DNA of 53,070 nucleotides from Actinomycetota bacterium. GTDB lineage: Bacteria; Actinomycetota; Actinomycetes; Actinomycetales; Microbacteriaceae. A program made the position numbers and the translations under genes. A model generated the notes under the pieces. The model made no database searches and was not told the origin of the DNA. It was given only the letters and a program-made list of their open reading frames with translations. This document shows, in pieces, positions 29,002-38,264 of this stretch. Location: assembly GCA_041180265.1 (NCBI GenBank), contig JBEGRY010000001.1:1-53070 (forward strand), given 5' to 3'. The number at the start of each line of letters is the position of its first letter. The stretch's first letter is position 1.

Positions 29002-30774
29002 TTACCAGTTCAAAGGTAAGTCAGAAGTCTTAGTAGTCGATGGCGGCACACGGTAGGTTCGCAAGACCTGTTGCATGATGCGCTTGAACGGAGCGGCAAC
29101 ACCCAGTGAGCTCGAAACCGTGCGGGACTTATAAGAAGTAACGGCAACTACAAATTGTGGGTCCTCGATCGGTGCCACTCCAAAATATGAGGTGGCGTAA
29201 GGCCCTGCGTAGCGACCGGTGTTCGGGTCGCGAATCTGAGCGGTACCAGTTTTGGCTCCCACGCGGTAACCGGGAATTGCGCCATAGCTACCGATTGGAC
29301 CGTCTTCAACAACGCGTTCCATCATTTCTAAAGTTTGCAGGGCAGTGTTCTTCTCGAGAACTTTTACGCCGCCCTTGGTTTCGGGAATCTTGAAATCCTT
29401 GATGTTCTCTTCACAACCATCGACGAGCACCGGATTCAAACGCACACCCATGTTTCCGATGGTCTGATACATCATCGCCGATTGAATTGGCGTTACCGAG
29501 ACACCCTGGCCGAACATCGAAACATAGCGTTTCACGCCATCGTTAGACCAAGTCTCGAGTGAGTTCAGCATTCCACTGCCCTCGCCTGGAAAATCAATGC
29601 TGGTGCGCTTGCCAAGACCGAATGCCTGCAAATACTTGTATCTGGTTTTCCAGTCAACAACTTTTCCGACATTTAGGATTCCGGTGTTCGAAGATTCGGC
29701 CAAAACTCCGGTCATGGTTAAGTGCTCGAGCGGGTGCACGTGTGAGTCGGTTACCTGGTAACCGTTCGAATTCGGAATTGTGAACGCGTTCGGCGCCAAA
29801 ACCTGCATATTTGCTGAACCAAGGCCGGTATCGATTACTGTCGCAGCGGTAATCGTTTTCAAAGTTGAGCCTGGCTCAAACGCAAATTGAAAAATTCTTG
29901 AACGGCGATCATCAGCAGAGAGCTTGCCCGGGCTATTTGGATCAACCGATGGCGCCTCGGCTGCAGCAAGAATTCGACCGGTCTTCACCTCAACGATGGT
30001 CGCTGACATCCAGTCCGAGCGCAGATACGCGTTTGACGCTGCCACAATTTGCTGAGCAAAGTACTGCAGGTCGGCATCGATTGTTAAACGAATATTTTTT
30101 CCATCGACTGCCTGTTTGGTTGTGACCACGCTGTTTGGAATCTTGATTCCGTCAACGCCCTTTTCAAATGACTCTTCACCATCAACACCGGCAAGGCACT
30201 TGTCATATAGCTGTTCCAGGCCTTCTTTCAACCCAGAGCCAGTTATGAATCCAAGAATATTTCCGGCCACAGCACCGCTCGGATAAATTCGCGTCGGGAT
30301 CGGATCGTAATAAAGCCAAGGAATGTCTAGTGCGCGCAATTTTCGGTACTTGGCAGCATCGACTTTTTTAGCTACCTGTGCATATTCGCCGGTACCGGTT
30401 ATTTTTTGCTGCACGGTTGCTGCATCCATTTCCAAAATCGTGGAAATTTCGGCAACCATTTGCTCTACGGAAATCTGAGTAGTCTTGCCATTTTCAGTTC
30501 GACTCATTGGCGCAACCTTACTCGGCGCCACGTTGATGTCATATTTGAAAACTGTTTTCGCCAATACTTTGCCATTGGCATCAAGAATTTGGCCACGCAG
30601 TGCAGGGATGGTTCTGGTAACCGCGCGCTTTTCATATGACTTGGCGTTAATTGCGGGCGCCTGAATTATCTGCAAATCGATCAGACGAATCGTGAAGACC
30701 ACAGCCAAAATCAAAATCGAAGCAATGATTGCCCGCAGGCGCTTGTTAGGGTCGCCGGGCGTCAGATATGCCAT
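29002..30774 (-). CDS. ftsI: class B penicillin-binding protein FtsI
   Basis: RG.I.D.NG, EPGSTLK (SxxK), SSN (SxN) and KTGT motifs. Confidence 0.95.
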   Translation of the reverse strand: MAYLTPGDPNKRLRAIIASILILAVVFTIRLIDLQIIQAPAINAKSYEKRAVTRTIPALRGQILDANGKVLAKTVFKYDINVAPSKVAPMSRTENGKTTQISVEQMVAEISTILEMDAATVQQKITGTGEYAQVAKKVDAAKYRKLRALDIPWLYYDPIPTRIYPSGAVAGNILGFITGSGLKEGLEQLYDKCLAGVDGEESFEKGVDGIKIPNSVVTTKQAVDGKNIRLTIDADLQYFAQQIVAASNAYLRSDWMSATIVEVKTGRILAAAEAPSVDPNSPGKLSADDRRSRIFQFAFEPGSTLKTITAATVIDTGLGSANMQVLAPNAFTIPNSNGYQVTDSHVHPLEHLTMTGVLAESSNTGILNVGKVVDWKTRYKYLQAFGLGKRTSIDFPGEGSGMLNSLETWSNDGVKRYVSMFGQGVSVTPIQSAMMYQTIGNMGVRLNPVLVDGCEENIKDFKIPETKGGVKVLEKNTALQTLEMMERVVEDGPIGSYGAIPGYRVGAKTGTAQIRDPNTGRYAGPYATSYFGVAPIEDPQFVVAVTSYKSRTVSSSLGVAAPFKRIMQQVLRTYRVPPSTTKTSDLPLNW

Positions 30775-30790
30775 CTGCCGACCTGCCTAA

Positions 30791-31357
30791 CTAGTGTGTT
30801 GGTGATGCTGGAATAGCGCCACCATTTGAAGTTACCGTTGCGGTAGCGGCTTTTTGGTTAGCGACATTCTTGGCTGCAGGTGCCGCTTCGGCAACGGTCG
30901 CGTTCAAATTGGTGGATGACTGAGTCATTGCCGAGTTGGCGATCAAGTTCTTAGCAACGCGACCGTCGGTGTTTAGTGCAGCCTTTGGCTTACCGAAAAC
31001 TTTTTGTTCTTCGATGCTTAGAAAAACAGGGTTTGCGTTTGCAATCATGCCCAGCTGCTGTGCCGAATTAGAAAGATTTTGCTGTGAAGACAGCGAGTCA
31101 ACTTCTTGACCGATGATCTGGGTAGTGGTGGTCAGTTCACGCTTCTGCGCCTGTAGATCGGCCAACTCGTATACCGCAGTTGAGGTCATGATGTTCAAGA
31201 TCAGGTTTGCAATGGCGATTCCTAGTGCACCAAACAACAGCACGCTTACCACTGCGAATGCCGGCTTTGCGCTGCGACGAGTCGAACTCACTGCCTGCAA
31301 ACGCGGACGGGCCGGTGCAAGGCTGCGGGTTGGTTGGGCTAGACGAATGGCGCTCAT
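30791..31357 (-). CDS. ftsL: FtsL-like cell division protein
   Basis: One TM helix followed by a coiled coil and A.QLGM, between rsmH and ftsI. Confidence 0.75.
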   Translation of the reverse strand: MSAIRLAQPTRSLAPARPRLQAVSSTRRSAKPAFAVVSVLLFGALGIAIANLILNIMTSTAVYELADLQAQKRELTTTTQIIGQEVDSLSSQQNLSNSAQQLGMIANANPVFLSIEEQKVFGKPKAALNTDGRVAKNLIANSAMTQSSTNLNATVAEAAPAAKNVANQKAATATVTSNGGAIPASPTH

Positions 31358-32316
31358 GCTGCTCTCCGGATCTTTTCGGCCGCACGCATCCGCACCGATG
31401 CGGCGCGTGGGTTTACTGCAATTTCTTCTGCTGTTGCTGACTCCGCACCCTTCACCAAAAGGCGAAGCACTGGTGCGTGTTCAGGAAGTTCGATTGGAAG
31501 TTCGAGTGGCGCTGATGAATTTGCCGCAGCTACCAACGATTGCTTTGCAATTCGGTCTTCGAGTGAGTGGTAAGACATCACGACGATTCGGCCGCCCACA
31601 GCCAGTGCACGAATTGCTGCTGGCATGGTGCGCTCTAGAACTTCTAGCTCACCGTTCACTTCGATTCGCAGTGCCTGGAACACACGCTTTGCTGGGTGAC
31701 CGGTGCTCTTACCAGGAATGAATGGAATGACCTTGGTGATCAGAGCAGCTAATTCGGTGCTGCTGGTGAAAGGTGTGGTCTTTCGTGCTGAGACAATTTC
31801 ACGAGCAACCGCCTTGGCGTAGCGCTCTTCGCCGTATTCCTTGAAGATTCGAGCCAAATCGTTTTCGCTGTAGCTGTTCACAACTTCGGCAGCGGTCTTG
31901 CCACGAGAAGAATCCATGCGCATATCCAGCGGGGCCTCGTAAGAGTAAGCAAAACCGCGCTCGCGCTCGTCTAGCTGCATTGATGAAACGCCAAGGTCAA
32001 GCAGAATGCCGTGAACTTCGGCAATGCCGAGTTCCTCAATGACTTCCTCGATCTGGTCGTAGACGGCGTGCACCAGGTGAATGCGGTCAGAGTATTTAGC
32101 TAGGCGTTCGCCAGCAAGTTCTAGTGCGCTCGGATCGCGATCGATGCCGACCAGCGTTAGGTTTGGGAAAGTTTCTAGAAAAGCAAGGCTGTGACCGCCA
32201 AGACCAAGCGTGCAATCTACAAATACCGCAGAATCTGAATTCAGTGCTGGCCCAAGAATTTCAAGTGCTCGTTCAAGAAGCACTGGTTGGTGAAGTTCGG
32301 CGATGTTCTTGGTCAT
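31354..32316 (-). CDS. rsmH: 16S rRNA m4C1402 methyltransferase
   Basis: [33 protein letters not shown] and SYHSLEDR motifs. Confidence 0.98.
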   Translation of the reverse strand: MTKNIAELHQPVLLERALEILGPALNSDSAVFVDCTLGLGGHSLAFLETFPNLTLVGIDRDPSALELAGERLAKYSDRIHLVHAVYDQIEEVIEELGIAEVHGILLDLGVSSMQLDERERGFAYSYEAPLDMRMDSSRGKTAAEVVNSYSENDLARIFKEYGEERYAKAVAREIVSARKTTPFTSSTELAALITKVIPFIPGKSTGHPAKRVFQALRIEVNGELEVLERTMPAAIRALAVGGRIVVMSYHSLEDRIAKQSLVAAANSSAPLELPIELPEHAPVLRLLVKGAESATAEEIAVNPRAASVRMRAAEKIRRAA

Positions 32317-32328
32317 TTGATCCGTGGA

Positions 32329-32760
32329 CTAGAAAAGTCCCGGAATCACCTCCACCGCAACATTCGCAAAGGCACTCTCCTGTTTCGCCAAGTAGTCGTT
32401 CCATGACTTGGCATTCCAGATTTCTGCGCGAGCACCGACACCGATTACGACAAGGTCTTTGTCCAGACCCGCGTACTGACGAAGTGCAGCCGGAATAGTT
32501 ACTCGGCCCTGCTTGTCAGGAAGTTCGTCGGATGCGCCAGAAAGAAATACGCGAAGGTAGTTGCGGGCTTCGATGCTCGTGACCGGTGCCTGACGAATCT
32601 TGTCGTGCACCTGGGCAAACTCTGCCGAACTAAATACGTAGAGACAGTTCTCCTGCCCCCTGGTAATGACCAAACCACCCTGAAGTTCTTCGCGGAACTT
32701 AGCCGGAAGAATGACGCGGCCCTTGTCATCAAGCTTTGGTGCGTGAGTGCCGAGCAACAT
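32329..32760 (-). CDS. mraZ: dcw cluster transcriptional regulator MraZ
   Basis: Two DxxGR repeats (LDDKGR, PDKQGR) and EIW. Confidence 0.98.
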   Translation of the reverse strand: MLLGTHAPKLDDKGRVILPAKFREELQGGLVITRGQENCLYVFSSAEFAQVHDKIRQAPVTSIEARNYLRVFLSGASDELPDKQGRVTIPAALRQYAGLDKDLVVIGVGARAEIWNAKSWNDYLAKQESAFANVAVEVIPGLF

Positions 32761-32799
32761 GTGCGTCCCCCCCCTTCTCGACTACGATCTAGCGCTTTA

Positions 32800-32825
32800 C
32801 TCCACATTACCCCACTTTGCTCCAC
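32800..32825 (-). promoter_or_regulatory. MraZ operator: three GTGG(A/G)G direct repeats with a 10-bp period
   Basis: Minus strand reads GTGGAG-caaa-GTGGGG-taat-GTGGAG about 40 nt upstream of mraZ, matching the known MraZ binding-repeat architecture. Confidence 0.85.
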
Positions 32826-32910
32826 AAATGCTGCAAAATTGCCATATTAAGTGGTTCGGTGTGTCTTAATTCTCAATAAATTACTAGAGAATAGCAAGTG
32901 GAGGGAAAAT

Positions 32911-32938
32911 AAAAAAACCCACCCCAAGGGTGGGTTTT
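32911..32938 (-). terminator. intrinsic terminator after the DUF3040 gene
   Basis: AAAACCCACCC-caa-GGGTGGGTTTT hairpin with a T7 tract on the minus strand. Confidence 0.85.
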
Positions 32939-32955
32939 AGAAGCTAAAAATGGGG

Positions 32956-33315
32956 CTAGTCGCCCTGGCGGCGATCCCAGCGATCCTCGAAGAAACTCTT
33001 GCCTTTAGGGGCCGATTGGTTTGGCTTAGCCTTGGCCGCAGGTGTAGGTGTCTTAGTGGTTCGGGCACCTGAGGTTGCCACCAAAAGCCCCGCCAACATC
33101 ACCAAGAAACTAGCCACCCCGAACAATGCGAACTGCAAAACTACGGCAACCACAAGAAGCGAAATTCCGCTGACCAATAAGGAACCGCCGGCGATTAGTC
33201 GTTTGAGTGAGATTGCCCCTGGCTTGCCTAGTTTGAAGGCCAAGTCGGAGTCAGACTCATAAAGGCCGCGTTCGAGCTCATCGAGAAGTCGTTGCTCTCG
33301 CTCATTTAACGCCAT
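32956..33315 (-). CDS. DUF3040 domain membrane protein
   Basis: M.L.E.EQRLL.E.ER.LY..D N-terminus, two TM helices and EDRWDRR C-terminus. Usual position upstream of mraZ. Confidence 0.88.
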   Translation of the reverse strand: MALNEREQRLLDELERGLYESDSDLAFKLGKPGAISLKRLIAGGSLLVSGISLLVVAVVLQFALFGVASFLVMLAGLLVATSGARTTKTPTPAAKAKPNQSAPKGKSFFEDRWDRRQGD

Positions 33316-33377
33316 AGTTTCTCCCACACTCGGGTGCCCTAAAAGTCTAAACAACTTGTCGCGGTTAGGCTATTCCC

Positions 33378-34493
33378 GTGAGCGAGACCAAGATTCTTCT
33401 GAGCCTGATCCAAGACCAGCTTGACGACTTTTGCCTTGCTCGAAAGATCGATTTCGAGCAGATTTCGCCCGATTTAGTGCCCGTCGTGGACTTTAGCCGC
33501 GAACTTTTGCAAGGCGGCAAACGCTTTAGAGCACTATTTGCCTACTGGGCTTGGGTTGCCGCACTGCCCCAATCTGACTTTCAGCAAACCGAAGCCCAGC
33601 GCGAAGCTTCGGCCGAGGCAATCATCGGCATAACAGCTGCTCTTGAGATGTTCCATGCCGCCGCGCTGGTGCACGACGATCTACTCGATCAATCGGATAC
33701 CCGTCGCGGTCAGCCTTCGGTGCACAGGAAATTTGAAAAACTGCACACGGATAACGCATGGTCTGGAACCCCAGAACGTTTTGGCGTAGCCGGTTCCGTG
33801 CTGGTTGGCGATCTCATGCTTGGTTGGAGCAGCGAGATTTTTGGACACGCCCTACTCAAGGCACCTGATCGCACCATTGAAAGCGCCTGTCGCGAAGAAT
33901 TCAGCAAGATGCGCATCGAGGTCATGGCTGGTCAATACCTAGATGTGCTCGAAGAAAATGCTGCCGCAAGTAGATCGATTGACGATGCGGTTGGTCGAGC
34001 CAATCGAGTAATGCTTTACAAGACCGCCAAGTACACCATCGAAGCACCAATTTTGATCGGTGCAGCCTTTGCCGGCGCTTCGCCAGGTCTGCTACGCGGG
34101 CTTTCTGCGTTTGCGATTCCGTTGGGCATGGCTTTTCAGCTGCGCGATGACATTCTTGGAGTTTTTGGTGATTCAGAAATTACCGGCAAACCGACCGGCG
34201 ATGACCTGCGCGAAGGCAAGCGCACCGTTCTAGTTGCACTTACCCGTGCATCACTTAGCCCATCCGTGGGAAAAATCTTCGATGAGATGTTGACCAGCGG
34301 AACACTCTCTCCGGAGCAAATCGGTTTCTTACAGCAGACCATTAGCGGCTCGGGCGCGCTTGCTAAAACCGAGCGCATGATCGAAGAACTGGCCGATGAG
34401 AGTCTAAACGCTCTAAGCAGCTTGCAAATTGATGAGCGCGCGAAGGAACAGCTGCGCGAATTGGCGCTAAAAGTTATTAATCGTCAGGCTTAG
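33378..34493 (+). CDS. idsA: polyprenyl diphosphate synthase (IdsA2/GGPP synthase-like)
   Basis: GGKR.R, HDDLLD..DTRRG (FARM), KTA.Y and FQLRDD (SARM) motifs. Confidence 0.9.
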   Translation: MSETKILLSLIQDQLDDFCLARKIDFEQISPDLVPVVDFSRELLQGGKRFRALFAYWAWVAALPQSDFQQTEAQREASAEAIIGITAALEMFHAAALVHDDLLDQSDTRRGQPSVHRKFEKLHTDNAWSGTPERFGVAGSVLVGDLMLGWSSEIFGHALLKAPDRTIESACREEFSKMRIEVMAGQYLDVLEENAAASRSIDDAVGRANRVMLYKTAKYTIEAPILIGAAFAGASPGLLRGLSAFAIPLGMAFQLRDDILGVFGDSEITGKPTGDDLREGKRTVLVALTRASLSPSVGKIFDEMLTSGTLSPEQIGFLQQTISGSGALAKTERMIEELADESLNALSSLQIDERAKEQLRELALKVINRQA

Positions 34494-34841
34494 TTACTGA
34501 GCCAGCATCATGGCCAAACGTCGCACTGGCGACTTGTGACCTTTGAGCAGGTATTCCATTGGGGTGCCCGGCAGAGCATCGTTGAAGGTGTAGAGCCACT
34601 GCAATGCTTCTGGGTAGCTGAGCCCCGCATCCAACAAAACCACAATCGTGCCCGGCAGGCTTGGCAGCGGCTCGCCATCGACAATTACGTCGGCTGGTAT
34701 TTTCTGCACGCCGTCGCGCTTGATTGCGATTAGGTGGTGCTCTTCAATCAGTCGGCGCACCTTGCCAGCGGGTATGCCAAGCAACTCTGCTGCATCAGGA
34801 ACGGTTAGCCATTCCTGAACTGTGTCTAAAGCGTCGGTCAC
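34494..34841 (-). CDS. Rv2175c family DNA-binding protein
   Basis: WLTVPD.AE.LG winged HTH, L.GT..VL.DAG, WL and VRR.A motifs. GTG 34841 lies 6 nt after TGGCAATCT. Confidence 0.88.
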   Translation of the reverse strand: MTDALDTVQEWLTVPDAAELLGIPAGKVRRLIEEHHLIAIKRDGVQKIPADVIVDGEPLPSLPGTIVVLLDAGLSYPEALQWLYTFNDALPGTPMEYLLKGHKSPVRRLAMMLAQ

Positions 34842-34935
34842 GGTAATAGATTGCCACACCTTGGCCCTTCACGCTTATAAAACAAGGCCCGTGGGATGAT
34901 ATTGGCTGGTTTCAGGCCGAAAAGGATTTTAGAAC

Positions 34936-36354
34936 TTGGATGAAAAACGTGACAAAAAAGCGCTTGGCTTAGCGCTAGTCACCTTGCCGATTTCGATTAT
35001 CTCGGCCACCGGTGCGGTCGATGCAGCGGTGGCCGCGCAGAGCCAATCACCCGAAGATACAGATTTTGCCGGCGACAAGCCTGTGGCTCGCACTAATACG
35101 CCTGGTGCGGCGATCGAAACTTCAATTACCACTGCTACCCAACTGAATTACACGGTACGCACCGGTGACACGATTTCTAAAATTGCACGCAAGTTCTCAA
35201 TCTCGACAAATCAACTGCTGCAGATCAACAATCTGTCCGAGAAATCTTTCATAATTCCGGGCCAGCGAATCAAACTTGTTGCCGACGCGGTTGTGCCAAA
35301 GAGTAAGGCTGCGGCAGATCAAACCAGAATTCACACGGTTAAGTCAGGCGAAACGGTTAGCTCCATCGCAAAAAAATATTCGATTGCTGTCACCACTGTT
35401 CTGGCGATGAACAAACTCTCACCGAGCGCGATTATATTTCCCGGTCAAAAGCTAACCATCGGATCAGTCGTAGAAAAAGCTGCGAAACAACGCGTTCCGA
35501 CCGACCACGTGGTTGCCGCGGGTGAAACCTTGGTTTCAATTGCAAGTCTTTACGGAATTCAACTAGAGGTGCTGCTTCGAGCAAACGGGCTTACCGAATC
35601 GTCATTGGTTTATGTGGGTCAAAATTTAAAACTAAAAGGCGAACCGGTAAGTACGAATAAATCCGAGGTTAAGCCGCCGGCAGGCTCTGCAACAACACTG
35701 AGCAGCGAGCTAAGTTCTACCGACCCGCACCGACCTTCTTCGGTTTGCCAAACCCACGGATATCACACCGTGAAGTCTGGCGAGTCAATTAGCAAGATTG
35801 CAGCTGTTTACGGCGTGAGCACTCAATCCGTGCTAAGTGCGAATGCACTGACATGGTCGGCAACAATTTTCATCGGTCAAAAGCTTGTGATTCCAGGAGT
35901 GCACGAAATTAAGTTCTGCCCCGACATCGTGGTGCTGACCGACGAGATGAAGTCCAACGCGCTAACTATTTATCGAGTTGCCAAATCGCTTGAAGTAAGC
36001 GACTACGGAATCGTGGTTGCGCTTGCAACCGCGATGCAGGAATCTGGGCTTAGAAATCTAACCTATGGCGATCGCGACTCGGTTGGATTGTTTCAGCAGC
36101 GCCCAAGCGCGCACTGGGGTTCGGTAGATGAAATCTTGAACACCGAATATTCCACACGCGCATTTTTCGGTGGCGCAACCAGCCCAACCATGGGTGCGGC
36201 GCGAGGCCTGCTAGACATCAAAGATTGGTCAACGATGTCGGTTACTAAAGCCGCACAGGCAGTTCAGGTTTCTGCCTATCCAAATGCATATGCCAAGTGG
36301 GAGGCTTCGGCCTGGGTTTGGCTGGACCAACTCATTAATTTGGAAAGCAAATGA
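34936..36354 (+). CDS. exported protein with four LysM domains and a C-terminal lysozyme/transglycosylase-like domain
   Basis: N-terminal hydrophobic signal, four (Y/H).V..G(D/E)...IA..Y......N.L.....I..GQ.L repeats, and AMQES...DS.GLFQQRP..WG. Confidence 0.88.
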   Translation: MDEKRDKKALGLALVTLPISIISATGAVDAAVAAQSQSPEDTDFAGDKPVARTNTPGAAIETSITTATQLNYTVRTGDTISKIARKFSISTNQLLQINNLSEKSFIIPGQRIKLVADAVVPKSKAAADQTRIHTVKSGETVSSIAKKYSIAVTTVLAMNKLSPSAIIFPGQKLTIGSVVEKAAKQRVPTDHVVAAGETLVSIASLYGIQLEVLLRANGLTESSLVYVGQNLKLKGEPVSTNKSEVKPPAGSATTLSSELSSTDPHRPSSVCQTHGYHTVKSGESISKIAAVYGVSTQSVLSANALTWSATIFIGQKLVIPGVHEIKFCPDIVVLTDEMKSNALTIYRVAKSLEVSDYGIVVALATAMQESGLRNLTYGDRDSVGLFQQRPSAHWGSVDEILNTEYSTRAFFGGATSPTMGAARGLLDIKDWSTMSVTKAAQAVQVSAYPNAYAKWEASAWVWLDQLINLESK

Positions 36355-38261
36355 GCAGCTCTGAACTAATCGGTGGGCGCTATCGCATTGAACGCGAGGT
36401 AGCTCGTGGTGGTATGGCCACGGTGTATCTGGCAATCGACACCAGGCTAGAGCGCAAAGTTGCGCTGAAGATCATTCACCCGCACCTTGCCAAAGACACC
36501 TCATTCAGAGAGAAGTTCATTCGCGAGGCTCGAATCGCAGCAAAACTTTCGCACCCGAATTTGGTAAACGTTTTTGACCAGGGCGAAGAGGGCGAACTTG
36601 CTTTCATGGTGATGGAGTTGGTTGAAGGCATAACTCTTCGCGATGCCCTAAAAGATTTTGGCCCAATCGATGCTGCCCGTGCACTCGAACTTTTTGAGGC
36701 CATGCTCAGTGGTCTTGCTGCTGCTCACCGTGCGGGAATTCTGCACCGCGATCTAAAGCCCGAAAACGTTTTGCTGGCCGACGATGGTCGCATCAAACTT
36801 GGCGACTTTGGTCTAGCGCGAGACATTGATAACCACACTTCAACTGGGTCTTTGGTGGGAACTGTTGCGTACCTGTCGCCCGAACTGGTTATGCGCGGCA
36901 CCGCAGACGCCCGCAGCGATGTCTATGCGGCCGGCATCATGCTGTTCGAAATTCTTACCGGCAAACAACCTTTTCAGGGTGAACAAGCTGTTCAGATTGC
37001 CTATCAACACGCTAACGATTCTGTGCCTGCACCGTCTAGCGTAAATCGCTCGGTGCCACCGCTGCTAGATGAAATTGTTTTGTGGGCTACCGCAAAAGAA
37101 CCGGCTCACCGCCCAAGCGATGCGATGGAATTACTTTCCGTTGTGCAGCGTGCGCGAGCCGACCTGAAGGCAGGTCGGGCCAACGCAACTATTCAGATTC
37201 CTCAGGCTGCGCACAATGACGCGACCCAGTTACTTAGCCAAAGCGATCTTGCCGCAACCACCGTGCTTTCAACCGAGTCGATTGCCGCCACGCAGCTACT
37301 CAACTCCAACTTAAATTCAACCGAAGTTTTTGATGGTTTTGAATTTCAAGACGCCACCGATTCGGCGCTGGCAAACTTGGGCCGCAAGAAGCGCGGTGCT
37401 CGCCTGCTGATTGCAACCGCCTTAGTAATTCTGCTTGGCGCAGGAGCGGGTTGGTGGTTTGGTAGCGGCCCGGGTGGGCTATCGATGATTCCGAACTTGA
37501 CTAGTCGTTCGGTGACTGACGCGCAGGTTGCATTAGAGGCGCTGAAGGGCAACGTCGAAATCCTTGAAGAGAGTTCGGCAACTGTCGCCAAGGGCTTGGT
37601 AATTCGAACCGAACCGGCAGCGGGTTCGTTCTACTTCGGCGGCACCATCAAGTTGTTTGTTTCAAGTGGGCCAAAACTTGTTGCCGCTCCTGACCTAATT
37701 GGCATGAATGTTGCCGAAGCAACCGCAGAACTAATCAAGAACGGTTTCTTGCTCGGTCAGGTTAATTCATGGTTCAACGAAGCCGAACTAGGCGCCGTTT
37801 ATTCATACCTGGGTAGCGATGGTGCAGAAATTCCCGAGGGCAGTCGCATAGATCTTTCGGTTTCACTCGGCCAGATTCCGGTGGTTGCCGGTCTTGAGCA
37901 AGAGGCCGCCGTCACTTTGATTGAAGCCGCCGGGCTAACCATCGATAAGGTCACCGAAGATTACAGCGATACCATCGCAGCCGGTCAAGTGATCAGCATG
38001 GTTCCGCAGAGCGAACCGCTTGGTCAAGGTGGACTCGTAAACCTTGTGGTTTCTAAAGGGCCGAACATTGTGACCGTTCCAAACATGGTGGGCGAAACAG
38101 TTTTGGCGGCGAAGACCGCGCTACAAAATCTTGGTCTGGTGGTAATCGTAAATACCAACCAGCTTCAAAATAAATGGGGCGTGGTTCCGGTGAAGCGTCA
38201 GAGCGCGGCAGCGGGAACGCAATTGCGCGTTGGTGATTCGATCACCATTTTCACCAAGTAA
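36351..38261 (+). CDS. pknL: PASTA-domain Ser/Thr protein kinase (PknL-type)
   Basis: GGMA.VY, VALK, HRDLKPEN, DFG, YLSPE, a TM helix and about four PASTA repeats. Syntenic with Rv2175c and aroG. Confidence 0.85.
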   Translation: MSSSELIGGRYRIEREVARGGMATVYLAIDTRLERKVALKIIHPHLAKDTSFREKFIREARIAAKLSHPNLVNVFDQGEEGELAFMVMELVEGITLRDALKDFGPIDAARALELFEAMLSGLAAAHRAGILHRDLKPENVLLADDGRIKLGDFGLARDIDNHTSTGSLVGTVAYLSPELVMRGTADARSDVYAAGIMLFEILTGKQPFQGEQAVQIAYQHANDSVPAPSSVNRSVPPLLDEIVLWATAKEPAHRPSDAMELLSVVQRARADLKAGRANATIQIPQAAHNDATQLLSQSDLAATTVLSTESIAATQLLNSNLNSTEVFDGFEFQDATDSALANLGRKKRGARLLIATALVILLGAGAGWWFGSGPGGLSMIPNLTSRSVTDAQVALEALKGNVEILEESSATVAKGLVIRTEPAAGSFYFGGTIKLFVSSGPKLVAAPDLIGMNVAEATAELIKNGFLLGQVNSWFNEAELGAVYSYLGSDGAEIPEGSRIDLSVSLGQIPVVAGLEQEAAVTLIEAAGLTIDKVTEDYSDTIAAGQVISMVPQSEPLGQGGLVNLVVSKGPNIVTVPNMVGETVLAAKTALQNLGLVVIVNTNQLQNKWGVVPVKRQSAAAGTQLRVGDSITIFTK

Positions 38262-38264
38262 GAC

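Noticed and set aside
31113-31721. Long antisense or alternative-frame ORFs (for example 31113-31721, 18125-18622, 23609-24106, 52579-53043)
   Set aside because: They lie opposite conserved housekeeping genes, have no recognisable motifs, and are expected shadows of codon bias.
35140-35900. Repeated sequence inside the LysM gene as a possible DNA repeat array
   Set aside because: The similarity is at protein-domain level with diverged DNA. It is not a CRISPR array or tandem repeat.
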